Source: a virus (taxonomy: Duplodnaviria; Heunggongvirae; Uroviricota; Caudoviricetes). From it: 41,073 nucleotides of DNA. The translations under genes were made by a program, and so were the position numbers. The stretch is taken from positions 1 to 41,073 of the IMG/VR virus record IMGVR_UViG_2537561979_000009; one strand, 5' to 3'. Under the pieces are notes generated by a model. That model was not told the origin of the DNA. It was given only the letters and a program-made list of their open reading frames with translations, and made no database searches. This document shows positions 10,317 through 20,325 of this stretch, piece by piece (the stretch's first letter is position 1; the number at the start of each line of letters is the position of its first letter).

Positions 10317-10749
10317 ACCGGACTCCTCCTGCGATCCCTTCTGATACTGTCATCAGCATTACGTCATCCTCCGTCATGTCCGCCACATCCGGGGAAGCGG
10401 GGATAACTTCATTCCCGTCCGGGCCAAAGCGGACGCCTCCGGCAAGCCCTGCCGCTTTCTGCATCAGCACATCATCTTCAGGCTCTTCGTCAGCCTCGCG
10501 CCGGTTAAGCAGACTGAAATCCAGCGGATGCATATCCGGATCGCTGAAAAACAGGCTGAGCACGGTGTACGTCAGCCCGGAAAAATGCATATCCAGCAGA
10601 ACATCATGAAAATAATGGGTACTGTAAAAGCGGTGCCAGTCGGCATACTCCGTGGATGACATCCCGGCAAGCATGGCGCGCCAGTCGGGTCGCCCCATCT
10701 CACGCGCCAGTTTCAGGGCAAAACTCAGCTCACCGTCGAACACTTTCCC
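10309..10749 (-). CDS. T: T portion of the tail assembly chaperone GT fusion, reached by -1 frameshift from G
   Basis: 144-aa ORF in the -1 frame relative to G, overlapping the G 3' end; slippery heptamer present. Confidence 0.85.
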   Translation of the reverse strand, partial: GKVFDGELSFALKLAREMGRPDWRAMLAGMSSTEYADWHRFYSTHYFHDVLLDMHFSGLTYTVLSLFFSDPDMHPLDFSLLNRREADEEPEDDVLMQKAAGLAGGVRFGPDGNEVIPASPDVADMTEDDVMLMTVSEGIAGGVRYG

Positions 10750-11147
10750 GCAGAAACAGGCTCTGCAGGCCCGGCGTCATCTGCCTGTTCAGGAGCATCA
10801 TTCACCACAAACTCATACATACCAGACAGCCGGTACACCACGTTTTCAGCATGAGAAATTGCCTCCGTGGGCCAGGTGGTAAGCACTTCCTGCTCAATCT
10901 GTTTAACGGCTTCATTCATGGACGGCATCTGCGTCTTCTGCGGATGGTTATGCCACAGGGACATCGCCACCAGAAACGCGCCGGTTCTGATGGCGTCTTC
11001 CACAGTAAACTTCCGGTTGCTGTCTGACTCCGCCTGTTCTGCCTGCCGTTTCATCAGGGCGAGATGCTCAATACGCTGCAGGGCTGACAGTTCAGAAAGC
11101 GTGACGGTCACGCCGTTATGTTCAAATGATTCGGTTTTCAGGAACAT
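10725..11147 (-). CDS. G: Tail assembly chaperone G
   Basis: 140 aa, lambda G-like. Confidence 0.92.
   Translation of the reverse strand: MFLKTESFEHNGVTVTLSELSALQRIEHLALMKRQAEQAESDSNRKFTVEDAIRTGAFLVAMSLWHNHPQKTQMPSMNEAVKQIEQEVLTTWPTEAISHAENVVYRLSGMYEFVVNDAPEQADDAGPAEPVSAGKCSTVS
10743..10749 (-). other. Programmed -1 ribosomal frameshift slippery heptamer GGGAAAG (minus strand)
   Basis: Plus strand reads CTTTCCC at about 10743-10749 inside the G/T overlap; same heptamer as lambda G-T. Confidence 0.8.
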
Positions 11148-11162
11148 CGCTGACTCTCCGGA

Positions 11163-11903
11163 TTAACTGGCGGTGACGGTAATTTCTGCAACCGCAGCAA
11201 GTTCACCATTACCGGATACGACCGGAATGTTGACCCTGCCTGCAGCAACGCCCTTCACGGTGATGGTCATACCACTGACCGACACGGTGGCTTTTGTTTT
11301 ATCCGCAGACACCGCACGGAAGCTCTTGTCTGTTGCGCCTTCCGGCTGGAATGCCACGGTCAGCGTGGTGCTCTGCCCTTTCACCACCGAGGTGCTGGCA
11401 GGCGTCACGGTCATGCCGGTTGCCGCTGTTAGCGTGCTGCGATCTTCTGCCATCGACGGACGTCCCACGTTGGTGACTTTCACCGTGCGGGTGATCACTT
11501 CCTTCGCCGTCACCGCCTTACCGATGCTGCTGACCCAGCCGCGGAACACATCGACCGTGCCGTTCGGGAAGCGGATTTTATAGGCACGGGTATCCCCTTC
11601 ATTAAACCACGCCAGCAGCGCCTGCTGCCCCTGCTCTCCGGGCATCCACGCCAGCGTGAAGCTGGTATCTCCGGCGGATTTCTGCCCCTGTCCGGTCGCG
11701 GCCCAGTCCGCATCTTCATCATCGAGATAACTGTCGTCATAGGACTCAGCGGTCAGTTCGCCGGGCGTCAGGTCTTTAACTTTAGCCAGACGCGACCAGT
11801 CAACGTCTGAAAGCGGGTTCGCATAAGGGTCACCGTTCCCCTTATAAACCCACAGTGTGGTCCCGGCCCCTTTCACCGGTGCCAGAGGATTTGGTGTTGG
11901 CAT
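11163..11903 (-). CDS. V: Major tail tube protein V
   Basis: [22 protein letters not shown]..., lambda V-like; start chosen at the internal Met matching lambda V rather than the longer ORF start at 11933. Confidence 0.93.
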   Translation of the reverse strand: MPTPNPLAPVKGAGTTLWVYKGNGDPYANPLSDVDWSRLAKVKDLTPGELTAESYDDSYLDDEDADWAATGQGQKSAGDTSFTLAWMPGEQGQQALLAWFNEGDTRAYKIRFPNGTVDVFRGWVSSIGKAVTAKEVITRTVKVTNVGRPSMAEDRSTLTAATGMTVTPASTSVVKGQSTTLTVAFQPEGATDKSFRAVSADKTKATVSVSGMTITVKGVAAGRVNIPVVSGNGELAAVAEITVTAS

Positions 11904-11910
11904 ATCGTCC

Positions 11911-12306
11911 TCACATTTCATAGGTAATGACATAAGTCAGATCGGCTGAACTCCACAGGCCCGCATCATCGTCGCGCCGGTAGTCATAGCCACTGGCCAC
12001 CATACTGGTGATCAAATCTGACAGTGCCGGGATATCGCTCATCACCGGATAAATCCGGGACTCCATCCACGAATCCAGCTCTGAATCCGGCACCTGAGCA
12101 GGCAGGAAAACTTCAATATGCAGCTCCGCCTGCCAGGTATCGCTGTCCAGCTCTTCGCCCGTGTATTCAGCGCCGGTGAGATAAACGGCAATTGCCGGAA
12201 AATCCGCCTCATCAAAAACAGCGGGGCGACCATCAAAAAGCGTCGCCCCGGTGTCATGTTTTTCCAGTGCATCCAGTACGGCTGTACGGATATCAGTATT
12301 TTTCAT
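11911..12306 (-). CDS. U: Tail terminator protein U
   Basis: 131 aa, lambda U-like. Confidence 0.93.
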   Translation of the reverse strand: MKNTDIRTAVLDALEKHDTGATLFDGRPAVFDEADFPAIAVYLTGAEYTGEELDSDTWQAELHIEVFLPAQVPDSELDSWMESRIYPVMSDIPALSDLITSMVASGYDYRRDDDAGLWSSADLTYVITYEM

Positions 12307-12878
12307 CGCTTTATCACAATCCTCAGTTGTTGTTTCAGCGCATAGCTCAGTTCTTTTGGCAGACGTTCGCGTCGGATACGGTTAACGTTCTCATCAAAAG
12401 CCTGTTTCAGTGGGGCCGACATCGGAATTTTCACCACCTGAATGGGAAGACGATTACGCTTTTTCCTTCCCTTATCGTCATTGCCCTTCGCATACCTGGC
12501 TTCTGGCAGACGTTGCATAACATGCCAGCGCCCATTATTCAGTCGCTGGATGAATGCCCGCTGATAACGATGCTGACCGGCTTTGAGTATGCTGTTCGGG
12601 CGACGTCCCAGCATCCTGATCCCCAGCTTAATCACAGGAAGATCGCCGCGGTTAACGATAATTTTTGCGTTCGGATTTCTGACCGTAGCCCGTTTCAGTC
12701 TGGATCGCTCTTTAACAAGTTTTCTCGGCACCCGGGTTTCACGGGCGACCTGAGACGAAGACTGATTAATCGCCGTTGTGGCCACGCGGTTAATGGCCAT
12801 TGCTGACGCACCGGGCACCGCCGTTCTGCTGATACGGCTGAGGTTTTCAACGGCCTGCTCAAGACCCTGTATGGCCAT
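12303..12878 (-). CDS. Z: Tail completion protein Z
   Basis: 191 aa in the lambda Z position; start overlaps U stop. Confidence 0.9.
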   Translation of the reverse strand: MAIQGLEQAVENLSRISRTAVPGASAMAINRVATTAINQSSSQVARETRVPRKLVKERSRLKRATVRNPNAKIIVNRGDLPVIKLGIRMLGRRPNSILKAGQHRYQRAFIQRLNNGRWHVMQRLPEARYAKGNDDKGRKKRNRLPIQVVKIPMSAPLKQAFDENVNRIRRERLPKELSYALKQQLRIVIKR

Positions 12879-12889
12879 ACATCCCCCTT

Positions 12890-13252
12890 TCAGCGGCGAC
12901 GATTAACGGCAGGCGGTACGCCCCGCCCAAGCCAGAGATGACAGCTTCCGCCATCATCCGGCGAAACCCGGTCTATCCAGAAGTTTTCCTCACCGATGGT
13001 CAGCGTGTCTCCACGCCGCAGTTGCCGCACATCATCAGTCCGGACAAACAGGGACGGGCTGGAGCCTTCAACGCGCACGCCCTGTCCGGCATAGCTGATA
13101 TTTTCAGGGTCATCAAAAACACCACGTATTACTGCGCCGGGCTGCTCACCGGATGTAATGGTGGCTGACGTTCCCATATGCCCGCGTATCGTTTCATCAG
13201 CCCGGGCAATGGCTGTATCAAAACCGTTATCCCTGATATTAATAACTTTCAT
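12890..13252 (-). CDS. FII: Head-tail connector protein FII
   Basis: C-terminal ~100 aa match lambda FII; start at MKVINIRDNG chosen over the longer ORF start at 13288. Confidence 0.88.
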   Translation of the reverse strand: MKVINIRDNGFDTAIARADETIRGHMGTSATITSGEQPGAVIRGVFDDPENISYAGQGVRVEGSSPSLFVRTDDVRQLRRGDTLTIGEENFWIDRVSPDDGGSCHLWLGRGVPPAVNRRR

Positions 13253-13601
13253 CTGTAACAAGCCCCTCCAGGACAAGTTCCGCAACATTCACTGGATCAA
13301 CTCTGACAGTCATACCTGTAACAACAATCTCCATATCACTGTCATCATGCGGATGTTTTCCCGCCACATGCAGGGTTTTGAGTACACGAACAGTGCTCAT
13401 TTCATCCCCGCCAGTGGAGTAGCTATACGTCATCAAATGCCTTTCGTTCTCATCACTCGCCTGGTTTTTGTCCTCTGCTTCCTCTTCCCATTCCGCCACC
13501 CGCTGCGCTATCTCTGCGGCACTCCCGGATATATCCGGCTCACGCCCCAGAATCCGGGCCAGTTCATCAAGCCGTTTCAGATTTTGCTCTTTCGTTGCCA
13601 T
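13239..13601 (-). CDS. DNA packaging / head completion protein in the FI position (sequence not lambda FI-like)
   Basis: Acidic ~120-aa ORF between E and FII, as FI is in lambda; start at MATKEQNL chosen over the longer ORF start at 13649. Confidence 0.7.
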   Translation of the reverse strand: MATKEQNLKRLDELARILGREPDISGSAAEIAQRVAEWEEEAEDKNQASDENERHLMTYSYSTGGDEMSTVRVLKTLHVAGKHPHDDSDMEIVVTGMTVRVDPVNVAELVLEGLVTDESY

Positions 13602-13652
13602 ATCAGGCCTCTGTGAAAAAAGACACGGGGGCATTTCGCCCCCGCTCACGGA

Positions 13653-14681
13653 TTATTTCACCTGTACCACCACAAACTCATCCGGGTCCGGCAACACCAT
13701 CAGCGGCGCGGACTGCGTCATGGTAAATTCACGGGCGGGATCCCCCACCGTCAGCCAGTGTTTCGGATAACGGGAAGAGGCCACCACGCCTTCAGACAAC
13801 GCCTGTGCATCCTGAATGGCACCGTAACAACGGATCCCATCTGCAGCAGTATTCCCCAGGACCAGCGTGCCGTCTGGCAGATAACGTTTTTCGGTACCGT
13901 CCTCTGCCACATAAGACGTTTTCGCCACCACAATGGCCAGATCACCGTAATACCCTTTGAAAGACACCACCGCCCCCAGGTCTTTCACTGCCGTTTCGAG
14001 TTGCGAATTTGAACCGCGACGGGTATCCAGTTTTTCGCGGAACAGCTTAAAACCATTCAGCAGACGCCAGACGATACCGTCCATAATGGCAATATTCACA
14101 AGGCCGCTGGCCTGGTCGCAGTAGAGGTCAATATCATGCGCAGGATCGAACGTGTCACGATCGTGCTCAGACCATTTTTTACCACTGGCCTGCGTAATGT
14201 TATTCGCCGGCGATCTGCCAAAATCGACCTCAATTTTCTCGAACTGGTCTCCTTCCATGGTGTATTTGCCATACAGCACGGCATTTACCGCCTGCATTTC
14301 TTCCACCTGGACAATCGCGTACTCTTCCTGTTTGAGGTTATCGGTAATGATACGCAGACGGCGGTAAGCCGGATCGTTCAGTTGAGCCGGATCTTCACCA
14401 GGAAGGCGCTCAACCGCCTGCCGGGAATTAAATTCGTGTTTCGGCTTGACGTAGCCCGGACGCAACACGCGGGTTTCACCACCACGATGACGCAGCACTT
14501 TTCCTTCAACAACCGGGGAGACATAGGCCGCCACCGGCGTTTTTCCGGTAATTTTGTCCAGCATCACCTCTTCGGTATGGAAATTCACCGTACGGCGGAA
14601 AAACAGCTCCAGAAACAGCGCACGAAATTTCACTTTTTGTTCGGTATAACCGAGTAACTGGCGGGTCGTAAACAATCCCAT
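13653..14681 (-). CDS. E: Major capsid protein E
   Basis: 342 aa, lambda E-like (HK97 fold family). Confidence 0.92.
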   Translation of the reverse strand: MGLFTTRQLLGYTEQKVKFRALFLELFFRRTVNFHTEEVMLDKITGKTPVAAYVSPVVEGKVLRHRGGETRVLRPGYVKPKHEFNSRQAVERLPGEDPAQLNDPAYRRLRIITDNLKQEEYAIVQVEEMQAVNAVLYGKYTMEGDQFEKIEVDFGRSPANNITQASGKKWSEHDRDTFDPAHDIDLYCDQASGLVNIAIMDGIVWRLLNGFKLFREKLDTRRGSNSQLETAVKDLGAVVSFKGYYGDLAIVVAKTSYVAEDGTEKRYLPDGTLVLGNTAADGIRCYGAIQDAQALSEGVVASSRYPKHWLTVGDPAREFTMTQSAPLMVLPDPDEFVVVQVK

Positions 14682-14738
14682 AAATCAGTTCCTTTCATTC
14701 AGAAATCAGTCAGGCCACCGCGGTGGCCTGATAACGTG

Positions 14739-15086
14739 TTACGGCAGCGCCGCGTGACTCAGGACACTGCCTGCAAAGGCGTTGGCCTTTTTGTGTTCAT
14801 CCACACTGTCAGGCCAGCGGATTGCCTCCGTCGCAAAGGTTCCCGACTTGTAATACGTCAGCGCCGTCTCTGTGCCTTCAAGCGGCAGTACCAGTATGCC
14901 AACCGCACTACCGGCTTTCTGTCCGTCCCAGACCACCAGTTTCCCGGTGGCTTCATCCAGCATCAGGGGCGTCAGTGCCGGTGTTGCCGAGGAAATCCCG
15001 CTGCTGCCTGTGGCGGTGTGAGCCGGATCATTACCGGCAAAAATACGTACTTCCGCACGCTGTTCAGTGATGGTTTTCGTTACCAT
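14739..15086 (-). CDS. D: Head decoration protein D
   Basis: 115 aa, ...DPAHTATG...TPLMLD...WDG...KSGTF..., lambda D-like. Confidence 0.9.
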   Translation of the reverse strand: MVTKTITEQRAEVRIFAGNDPAHTATGSSGISSATPALTPLMLDEATGKLVVWDGQKAGSAVGILVLPLEGTETALTYYKSGTFATEAIRWPDSVDEHKKANAFAGSVLSHAALP

Positions 15087-15122
15087 ATTGTCAAAACCTC
15101 CTATTGATGGTCAGCACTGGCT

Positions 15123-16628
15123 TCATGGCATGGCCATGAGCATTTTCACGTCCGCATCACCGTCTGCTGACGTCTGTGGCACGCCACCCTGTACCGCTGC
15201 CGGTGAATGGTTCGCCATGAAATGTTCAAACATGGCGGTTGTGGATGCAGAGACCGGTTCTGCCTTACCTGATCCCGCAGCCAGCACAGCCCGGGCGTTC
15301 TCCACGGTCATTCCCGGGCAGGCAGCCAGCTGTTCAGCCTGCGCCTCAGCCCCTTTTGCCTCATCCAGGGCCATGATCTGATCACGGAGTGATGGTCCGG
15401 CATCCGCCTGCGGTGAAGCTGCCAGGATCGGGCGGGCTTTTTCCACCGTCATCTCCGGCATCGCCGCCAGCGTTGCCGCCAGTTGTTCACGACCTTTCGC
15501 CTCTTCACACGCCATAATGCGATCGGCTTCACTCTGCGCGGATGCCACCGGCTGCTGTGGTGCCGCCGCGGCCAGGATCTCCCGGGCCTGTTCAACGCTC
15601 ATGCCCTGTTGTCCCGCCAGCATCGTGGCAAGCTGTTCACGTCCTTTCGCTTCCTTACTCGTCAGGATCCCCATCACTCGCTGGTTCTCCTGCGCGGCGG
15701 CTTCCGTTGCAGTTAATTGCGGCATAGTGCCTCCTGTATCATGTGTGTACAGCGCCGTGGTCATCACACTGATGGCATCCGACGCATTGACTAATTCATC
15801 CGCCAGCCCGGCCTCAATGCCGGACTGACCTTCAAAAACGGCGGCCTCTGTTCCCGTGACCACATCCACAGACAGCCCGGTATACATCGCCACTTTTTCG
15901 GCAAACATCCGGTGTGCCGCATCAATGCGCTGCTGCATGTCCTGACGCACCTCTTCCGGTAAGGCTTCAAACTGATTGCCATCCACCTTGTGCGCCCCGG
16001 CATAAATCAGCGTGATATCCACACCGGCCTGCGCCAGATGACCGGCATAGCTGAGATGGCTCATCATCACGCCAATGGAGCCGATACGGGATGTCTGGGT
16101 AACCAGCCGTCGGGAGCAGGCCGACGCCAGCAGCATGGCTGCAGAACAGGCCGTGTCATTGCACAGTGCCCAGACCGGCTTCTGCTGACGGAGGCGGTAA
16201 ATCATGTCAGCACAGTCAAACGCGCCTGCGGCCTGCCCGCCCGGACTGTCAATGTCCAGCAGTACGCCCCGGACAGCGGTGTCCGCCATTGCCTGCTGAA
16301 GACAGGCGACAATGCCGTCATAGCCTGTCATTCCGGAAAATGGCCGCATACCACCCAGCCGGTGCACCAGCATGCCGGTCACCGGCAGTACAGCAATACC
16401 GTTCACCACCCGGTAAACACGGGCCGGTCGTTTACCTCCGGCCATGTACTCGTCCGTTTCAGCCAGCATTCCGGGAGCATCAAGCTGTACCTGCTGTTGT
16501 GGTACCGAAAGACTTGCTGCCCCCATCTCGCGCCCGAGCGCGCAAAAGAAAACCCGCGCATAGGCGGGCTCCAGAAGCAGCGGTTCATTGAATGCTGCGG
16601 CAATAATGTGTGAAAGATTACGTCTCAC
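15123..16628 (-). CDS. C: Capsid assembly protease C with in-frame scaffold (Nu3-type) C-terminal region containing three tandem repeats
   Basis: 501 aa, N-terminal S49 peptidase-like region matching lambda C; C-terminal EAKGREQLA...ARxILAA motif three times. Confidence 0.9.
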   Translation of the reverse strand: MRRNLSHIIAAAFNEPLLLEPAYARVFFCALGREMGAASLSVPQQQVQLDAPGMLAETDEYMAGGKRPARVYRVVNGIAVLPVTGMLVHRLGGMRPFSGMTGYDGIVACLQQAMADTAVRGVLLDIDSPGGQAAGAFDCADMIYRLRQQKPVWALCNDTACSAAMLLASACSRRLVTQTSRIGSIGVMMSHLSYAGHLAQAGVDITLIYAGAHKVDGNQFEALPEEVRQDMQQRIDAAHRMFAEKVAMYTGLSVDVVTGTEAAVFEGQSGIEAGLADELVNASDAISVMTTALYTHDTGGTMPQLTATEAAAQENQRVMGILTSKEAKGREQLATMLAGQQGMSVEQAREILAAAAPQQPVASAQSEADRIMACEEAKGREQLAATLAAMPEMTVEKARPILAASPQADAGPSLRDQIMALDEAKGAEAQAEQLAACPGMTVENARAVLAAGSGKAEPVSASTTAMFEHFMANHSPAAVQGGVPQTSADGDADVKMLMAMP

Positions 16629-18210
16629 GTGGTGTTGTCTCCTCTTCCGGCCTGCGACTCGCCGCTATCTGCTGCTGATACGCCTGCGCTATCCACACCG
16701 GACGTGAGAGTCCGGCTTTTTCCCGCTCTGCAGATTCCCTGACCTGCTGGCGGAAAATGTCCTGATAATCCTCACCCATCAGCGCCAGCTCTTTCTCATA
16801 CGTGCTCAGTCCGGCCTCAATGCGCATCACCGATTCCTGGACCTCCTTGAGCCCGTCAATGGCCATTCTTCCGGCTCCAATCCACTCTGCCCGTGACCAG
16901 GATGAACGCGCCTGATAAAAATCAAAACGCGCCCGTGGCGGACGAATAATCCCCCGCAGAAGAGCCTCTTCCAGCCAGCAGGAAAACATCTGCGTGGCCA
17001 GCCGGGCCGCAATAAATTTTCGCCGCCCCATAAAATAGCGCCACGACTCATTGGCGGAGGCGCGGGCACTTGAATAACTGACCTTCGAGTAATCACGGGA
17101 CAACTGTTCGTAGGAAACGCCAAGACCGGCGGCGATATACCGCAGCAGCGCCTGTTCAAGCGCAGAAAATCCATTGTCTGAATCCTGCGCAGTCTGTAGT
17201 TTCAGATCATCACCGGGGAAAAGGTGCGGAATTTTGACACCGCCCAGTGTCACGTTATTCGTGTCATACCAGCTGGAGAACTTCTCCAGAATATTAATAA
17301 GCGGATTATCCTTCTGCCCCTCCGGCGCACCGGCGATATATTCAAAGGCCTTTTCGGTATCAAGTTCACTTTCAATCGTCGCTGCATACATCGCCTTCAC
17401 TATGGCTGACTGAAGCTGTGTTGCCTGCAGGGAATCGAGCATTTTCAGCCGTTCCATGACGCTGTAAAACTGATTAGCCCCACGGGTCTGCCCGTCCTCA
17501 ACCGGCTCGAAAATATGCAGCATGGCCGGACGCCCGGTGGGAAGTTCACGCGGGATCCGTTCCCATCGTCCACTACCAGAGAGCGGAAAATCATCCTCAC
17601 AGATATGGTACGCAACGGCCCGTCCATGCCGATCGACCTCCACCCCGGCCCGCAGAAAGCGGTTCCCCAAACCGTATCCTGGCGTGTCCACCCGTTTCGG
17701 ACTCACGGCTTTAAAACGCGTACGAAACAGCTGCGTAGTCTCCGCATCCCAGACCGGCTGCACAAAGATTTCGCCGTTAAACGCATGAACGCCCACGCCT
17801 TCCCGGATAAATTCCGTGAACGTGCGTTTTCCTTCCACGTCGATCTCGCCAGACATCCCTTCGGCGTATTCCGACCAGGCCGCCTCCACCTCATCGACAA
17901 AGCTTTTTGCTGCGGTCTCCCGCATCCCCAGCCAGCGCCAGTTCGGACGGTAGCTGATCAGAAACATATGCCCGACTATGTGATCCTTATGCAGGGCCAC
18001 CGCATTAGCCGCTATTCCGTTATTGCGCACCAGATCATCTGCCCGGGCATTCCCCAGACGCAACGCGGGCAGCAGGGCCGCATCGACACTCTGCGCCGGT
18101 GGCAACCACTCCGCCATTTGCCCGCCAAATCCTGCGCCGCCCCCGTTGTAGCTGAGACTCTCACGAAGCGGAACGCCGTTCACATCAATCAGGACAGGCG
18201 TTCTTTTCAT
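16618..18210 (-). CDS. B: Portal protein B
   Basis: 530 aa, lambda B-like. Confidence 0.93.
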   Translation of the reverse strand: MKRTPVLIDVNGVPLRESLSYNGGGAGFGGQMAEWLPPAQSVDAALLPALRLGNARADDLVRNNGIAANAVALHKDHIVGHMFLISYRPNWRWLGMRETAAKSFVDEVEAAWSEYAEGMSGEIDVEGKRTFTEFIREGVGVHAFNGEIFVQPVWDAETTQLFRTRFKAVSPKRVDTPGYGLGNRFLRAGVEVDRHGRAVAYHICEDDFPLSGSGRWERIPRELPTGRPAMLHIFEPVEDGQTRGANQFYSVMERLKMLDSLQATQLQSAIVKAMYAATIESELDTEKAFEYIAGAPEGQKDNPLINILEKFSSWYDTNNVTLGGVKIPHLFPGDDLKLQTAQDSDNGFSALEQALLRYIAAGLGVSYEQLSRDYSKVSYSSARASANESWRYFMGRRKFIAARLATQMFSCWLEEALLRGIIRPPRARFDFYQARSSWSRAEWIGAGRMAIDGLKEVQESVMRIEAGLSTYEKELALMGEDYQDIFRQQVRESAEREKAGLSRPVWIAQAYQQQIAASRRPEEETTPRET

Positions 18211-18413
18211 AACCTCACTCCCAGCGGACGACGGCGACGTCGGGTTGTCCCCAGTACCGACTCCGCATCATTGATCGCCCGGTTAAGCTCATCCAGAGAA
18301 GCCGCCGTATATTCAATTCTGCGACCATCTTTCTGGACAGACACCACCCGTTTACCGGTTAATAAATCAAGGCGCGCCTGACGCAGCGCCTGCAGTTCAG
18401 CGACTGTAACCAT
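18207..18413 (-). CDS. W: Head-tail joining protein W
   Basis: 68 aa, ...LTGKRVVSVQKDGRRIEYTAASL..., lambda W-like. Confidence 0.9.
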   Translation of the reverse strand: MVTVAELQALRQARLDLLTGKRVVSVQKDGRRIEYTAASLDELNRAINDAESVLGTTRRRRRPLGVRL

Positions 18414-20325
18414 TCACTCCTCCGGACAGCTTCGCTGCCAGTTCTTTAAGGGTTGGCCGGGTCGTCTCTTCTTCCCGGGATTTTGCCAGTACAGCCAGAT
18501 CAAGCTGCCAGCGTTGCACGGACACACGTAATGCCGCGTAGGCATACACCAGGCAGTCCAGCGCTTCGTTACGCCGCTTTTTGTTATCCCACAGCAGACG
18601 CATCTTTCCTTTTTCCCACTTCTCCACAAGCTCTTCCGCGACCAGTTGCTGCGCCTCTGTCTGCGAAAAAATCTCCGGATCATCAGGAAAACGGATGGCA
18701 TACGACGTGGATTCATCCGCAGGCGTGGGAGCGGCTTTCATACGGGCATAGAGAATTTCTTTTGCGGTGTCCGTGCCCACTTCACACAGATACACGCCCC
18801 GCTGATTGCGGGTTTTTGGCATGGTGATCACCGGCTTGCCATAGACAGATGCGCCTTTTACCGGCAGCACCCGGAAAACACCGTGTTTTTTTGACCTCTG
18901 ATAAACGATTTCGCCATCGATCCCCCCGATGTCCCAGCAGACACGGGAAATGGTCATTTCGGTTCCGTCTGCATGGCGGTATTTTTTGTTGATCGCCGCA
19001 TCCACACGTAACAGCGTCTCTTCCTCATCGGGACGTCCCATAATGATGATTTTATCCACCAGAAAGGCTTCCTCTCCCGGAGCCCATCCCCAGACATACA
19101 TCTCAAAACGGTTTCGCTGCGAGTCAATGCCCGCCGTCAGATAAACCACCCGGGCAGGCACCGCCGCCGTGTAACGCACAACCTTATCCATCAGTACCTG
19201 GTGATCGAGTTTTTCGCCCACGGCCTCTTCCCAGGTCTCGCCCAGCGTGGTGTTCACAAAGGTTTTCAGGCCGTTGGGATCTTTCAGTGCATCCAGCCAG
19301 TCATAGACTATCTGTACCCAGGTGGTGAACGGACTGTACGCCGTCCAGATATGGAAAGTGATGGAGCGCGGCGGCGGAATTTCATCACCCCGGGCGCTGA
19401 AAAACATCAGGCCGTCACGGGTCCACATGCCCGTGTTTTCACAGATCCACCGCCCGTTACTCTGGTCAAGCTCAGACTGATGGATCACACAGCCATGATG
19501 CTCACAAAGGTAGAAAACGCTTTCGGGGCTGTCCTTCTCCCATTTAAGGCCAAAAGGCGTGGATTCATCGCCAAATTTCAGATACTGCTCCTCCCCACAG
19601 TGCGGGCAGGGCACATAAAAACGCATGAAATGTGCCGACTCGTTAGCGGCTTTTTCGATCTGGCAGGAGCCTTTGATTTTAGGCGTCGAGCCGCGAATGG
19701 ATTTTGGCCATACAGAGCCCTCAATACGCTTATCCCCCAGCAGGGTTGGCGAGCCCTCTTTTTCAACATCCGGTTCGAACGAGGAAAGCTCGTCATAGCA
19801 GACCACGTCCACGGATTTTTCACGGTAGTTTTTTGCTGCCGCACCACCCAGGCACCAGAAACCGACGCCCGATGAAAAGCGTTTCAGCGTGAGAGTATTG
19901 TCACGATGTTTACGCCCCAGCCATGGAGAAAGGTCTTTCAGACATGGCACATCCCGAATCGTCGCCTCCACGTGAGACTTCATAAAATCTTCAGCGGCAG
20001 AATCCGTGGGCTGAAAAAGCAGACTGTTTCGGGATTTATGCTCAATAAAATACCCGACCACCCCCAGCAACATCTTTGTATAACCAATACGGGCAGATTT
20101 AATCAGGTTAACAGTGCGAATCAGATCGTTGCCCATACAGTTCATGATGGCGATCTGGAACGGCAGCGTTTTCCATTCTCCCTCACCATATGAAGATTCT
20201 TTAGGCAGATAATAATTTTGATCAGCCCATTCAACTGGCGTCACCGGCAATGCCCTTATCAGGGGCTGTAATGCTGTTGTGACAGCACTGATCATATTAT
20301 TCAGTTGTTGCTCTGATATATTCAT
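18397..20325 (-). CDS. A: Terminase large subunit A
   Basis: MNISEQQLNN... then strong lambda gpA-like sequence; start at internal MNIS chosen over the longer ORF start at 20382. Confidence 0.93.
   Translation of the reverse strand: MNISEQQLNNMISAVTTALQPLIRALPVTPVEWADQNYYLPKESSYGEGEWKTLPFQIAIMNCMGNDLIRTVNLIKSARIGYTKMLLGVVGYFIEHKSRNSLLFQPTDSAAEDFMKSHVEATIRDVPCLKDLSPWLGRKHRDNTLTLKRFSSGVGFWCLGGAAAKNYREKSVDVVCYDELSSFEPDVEKEGSPTLLGDKRIEGSVWPKSIRGSTPKIKGSCQIEKAANESAHFMRFYVPCPHCGEEQYLKFGDESTPFGLKWEKDSPESVFYLCEHHGCVIHQSELDQSNGRWICENTGMWTRDGLMFFSARGDEIPPPRSITFHIWTAYSPFTTWVQIVYDWLDALKDPNGLKTFVNTTLGETWEEAVGEKLDHQVLMDKVVRYTAAVPARVVYLTAGIDSQRNRFEMYVWGWAPGEEAFLVDKIIIMGRPDEEETLLRVDAAINKKYRHADGTEMTISRVCWDIGGIDGEIVYQRSKKHGVFRVLPVKGASVYGKPVITMPKTRNQRGVYLCEVGTDTAKEILYARMKAAPTPADESTSYAIRFPDDPEIFSQTEAQQLVAEELVEKWEKGKMRLLWDNKKRRNEALDCLVYAYAALRVSVQRWQLDLAVLAKSREEETTRPTLKELAAKLSGGVNGYSR

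Noticed and set aside
11904-11933. Longer N-terminal starts from the ORF track for V (also FII at 13288, FI at 13649, A at 20382, methyltransferase at 30302)
   Set aside because: Internal Met codons reproduce the lambda-like N-termini and avoid long overlaps with the upstream gene; extensions come from the ORF finder choosing the first in-frame ATG.
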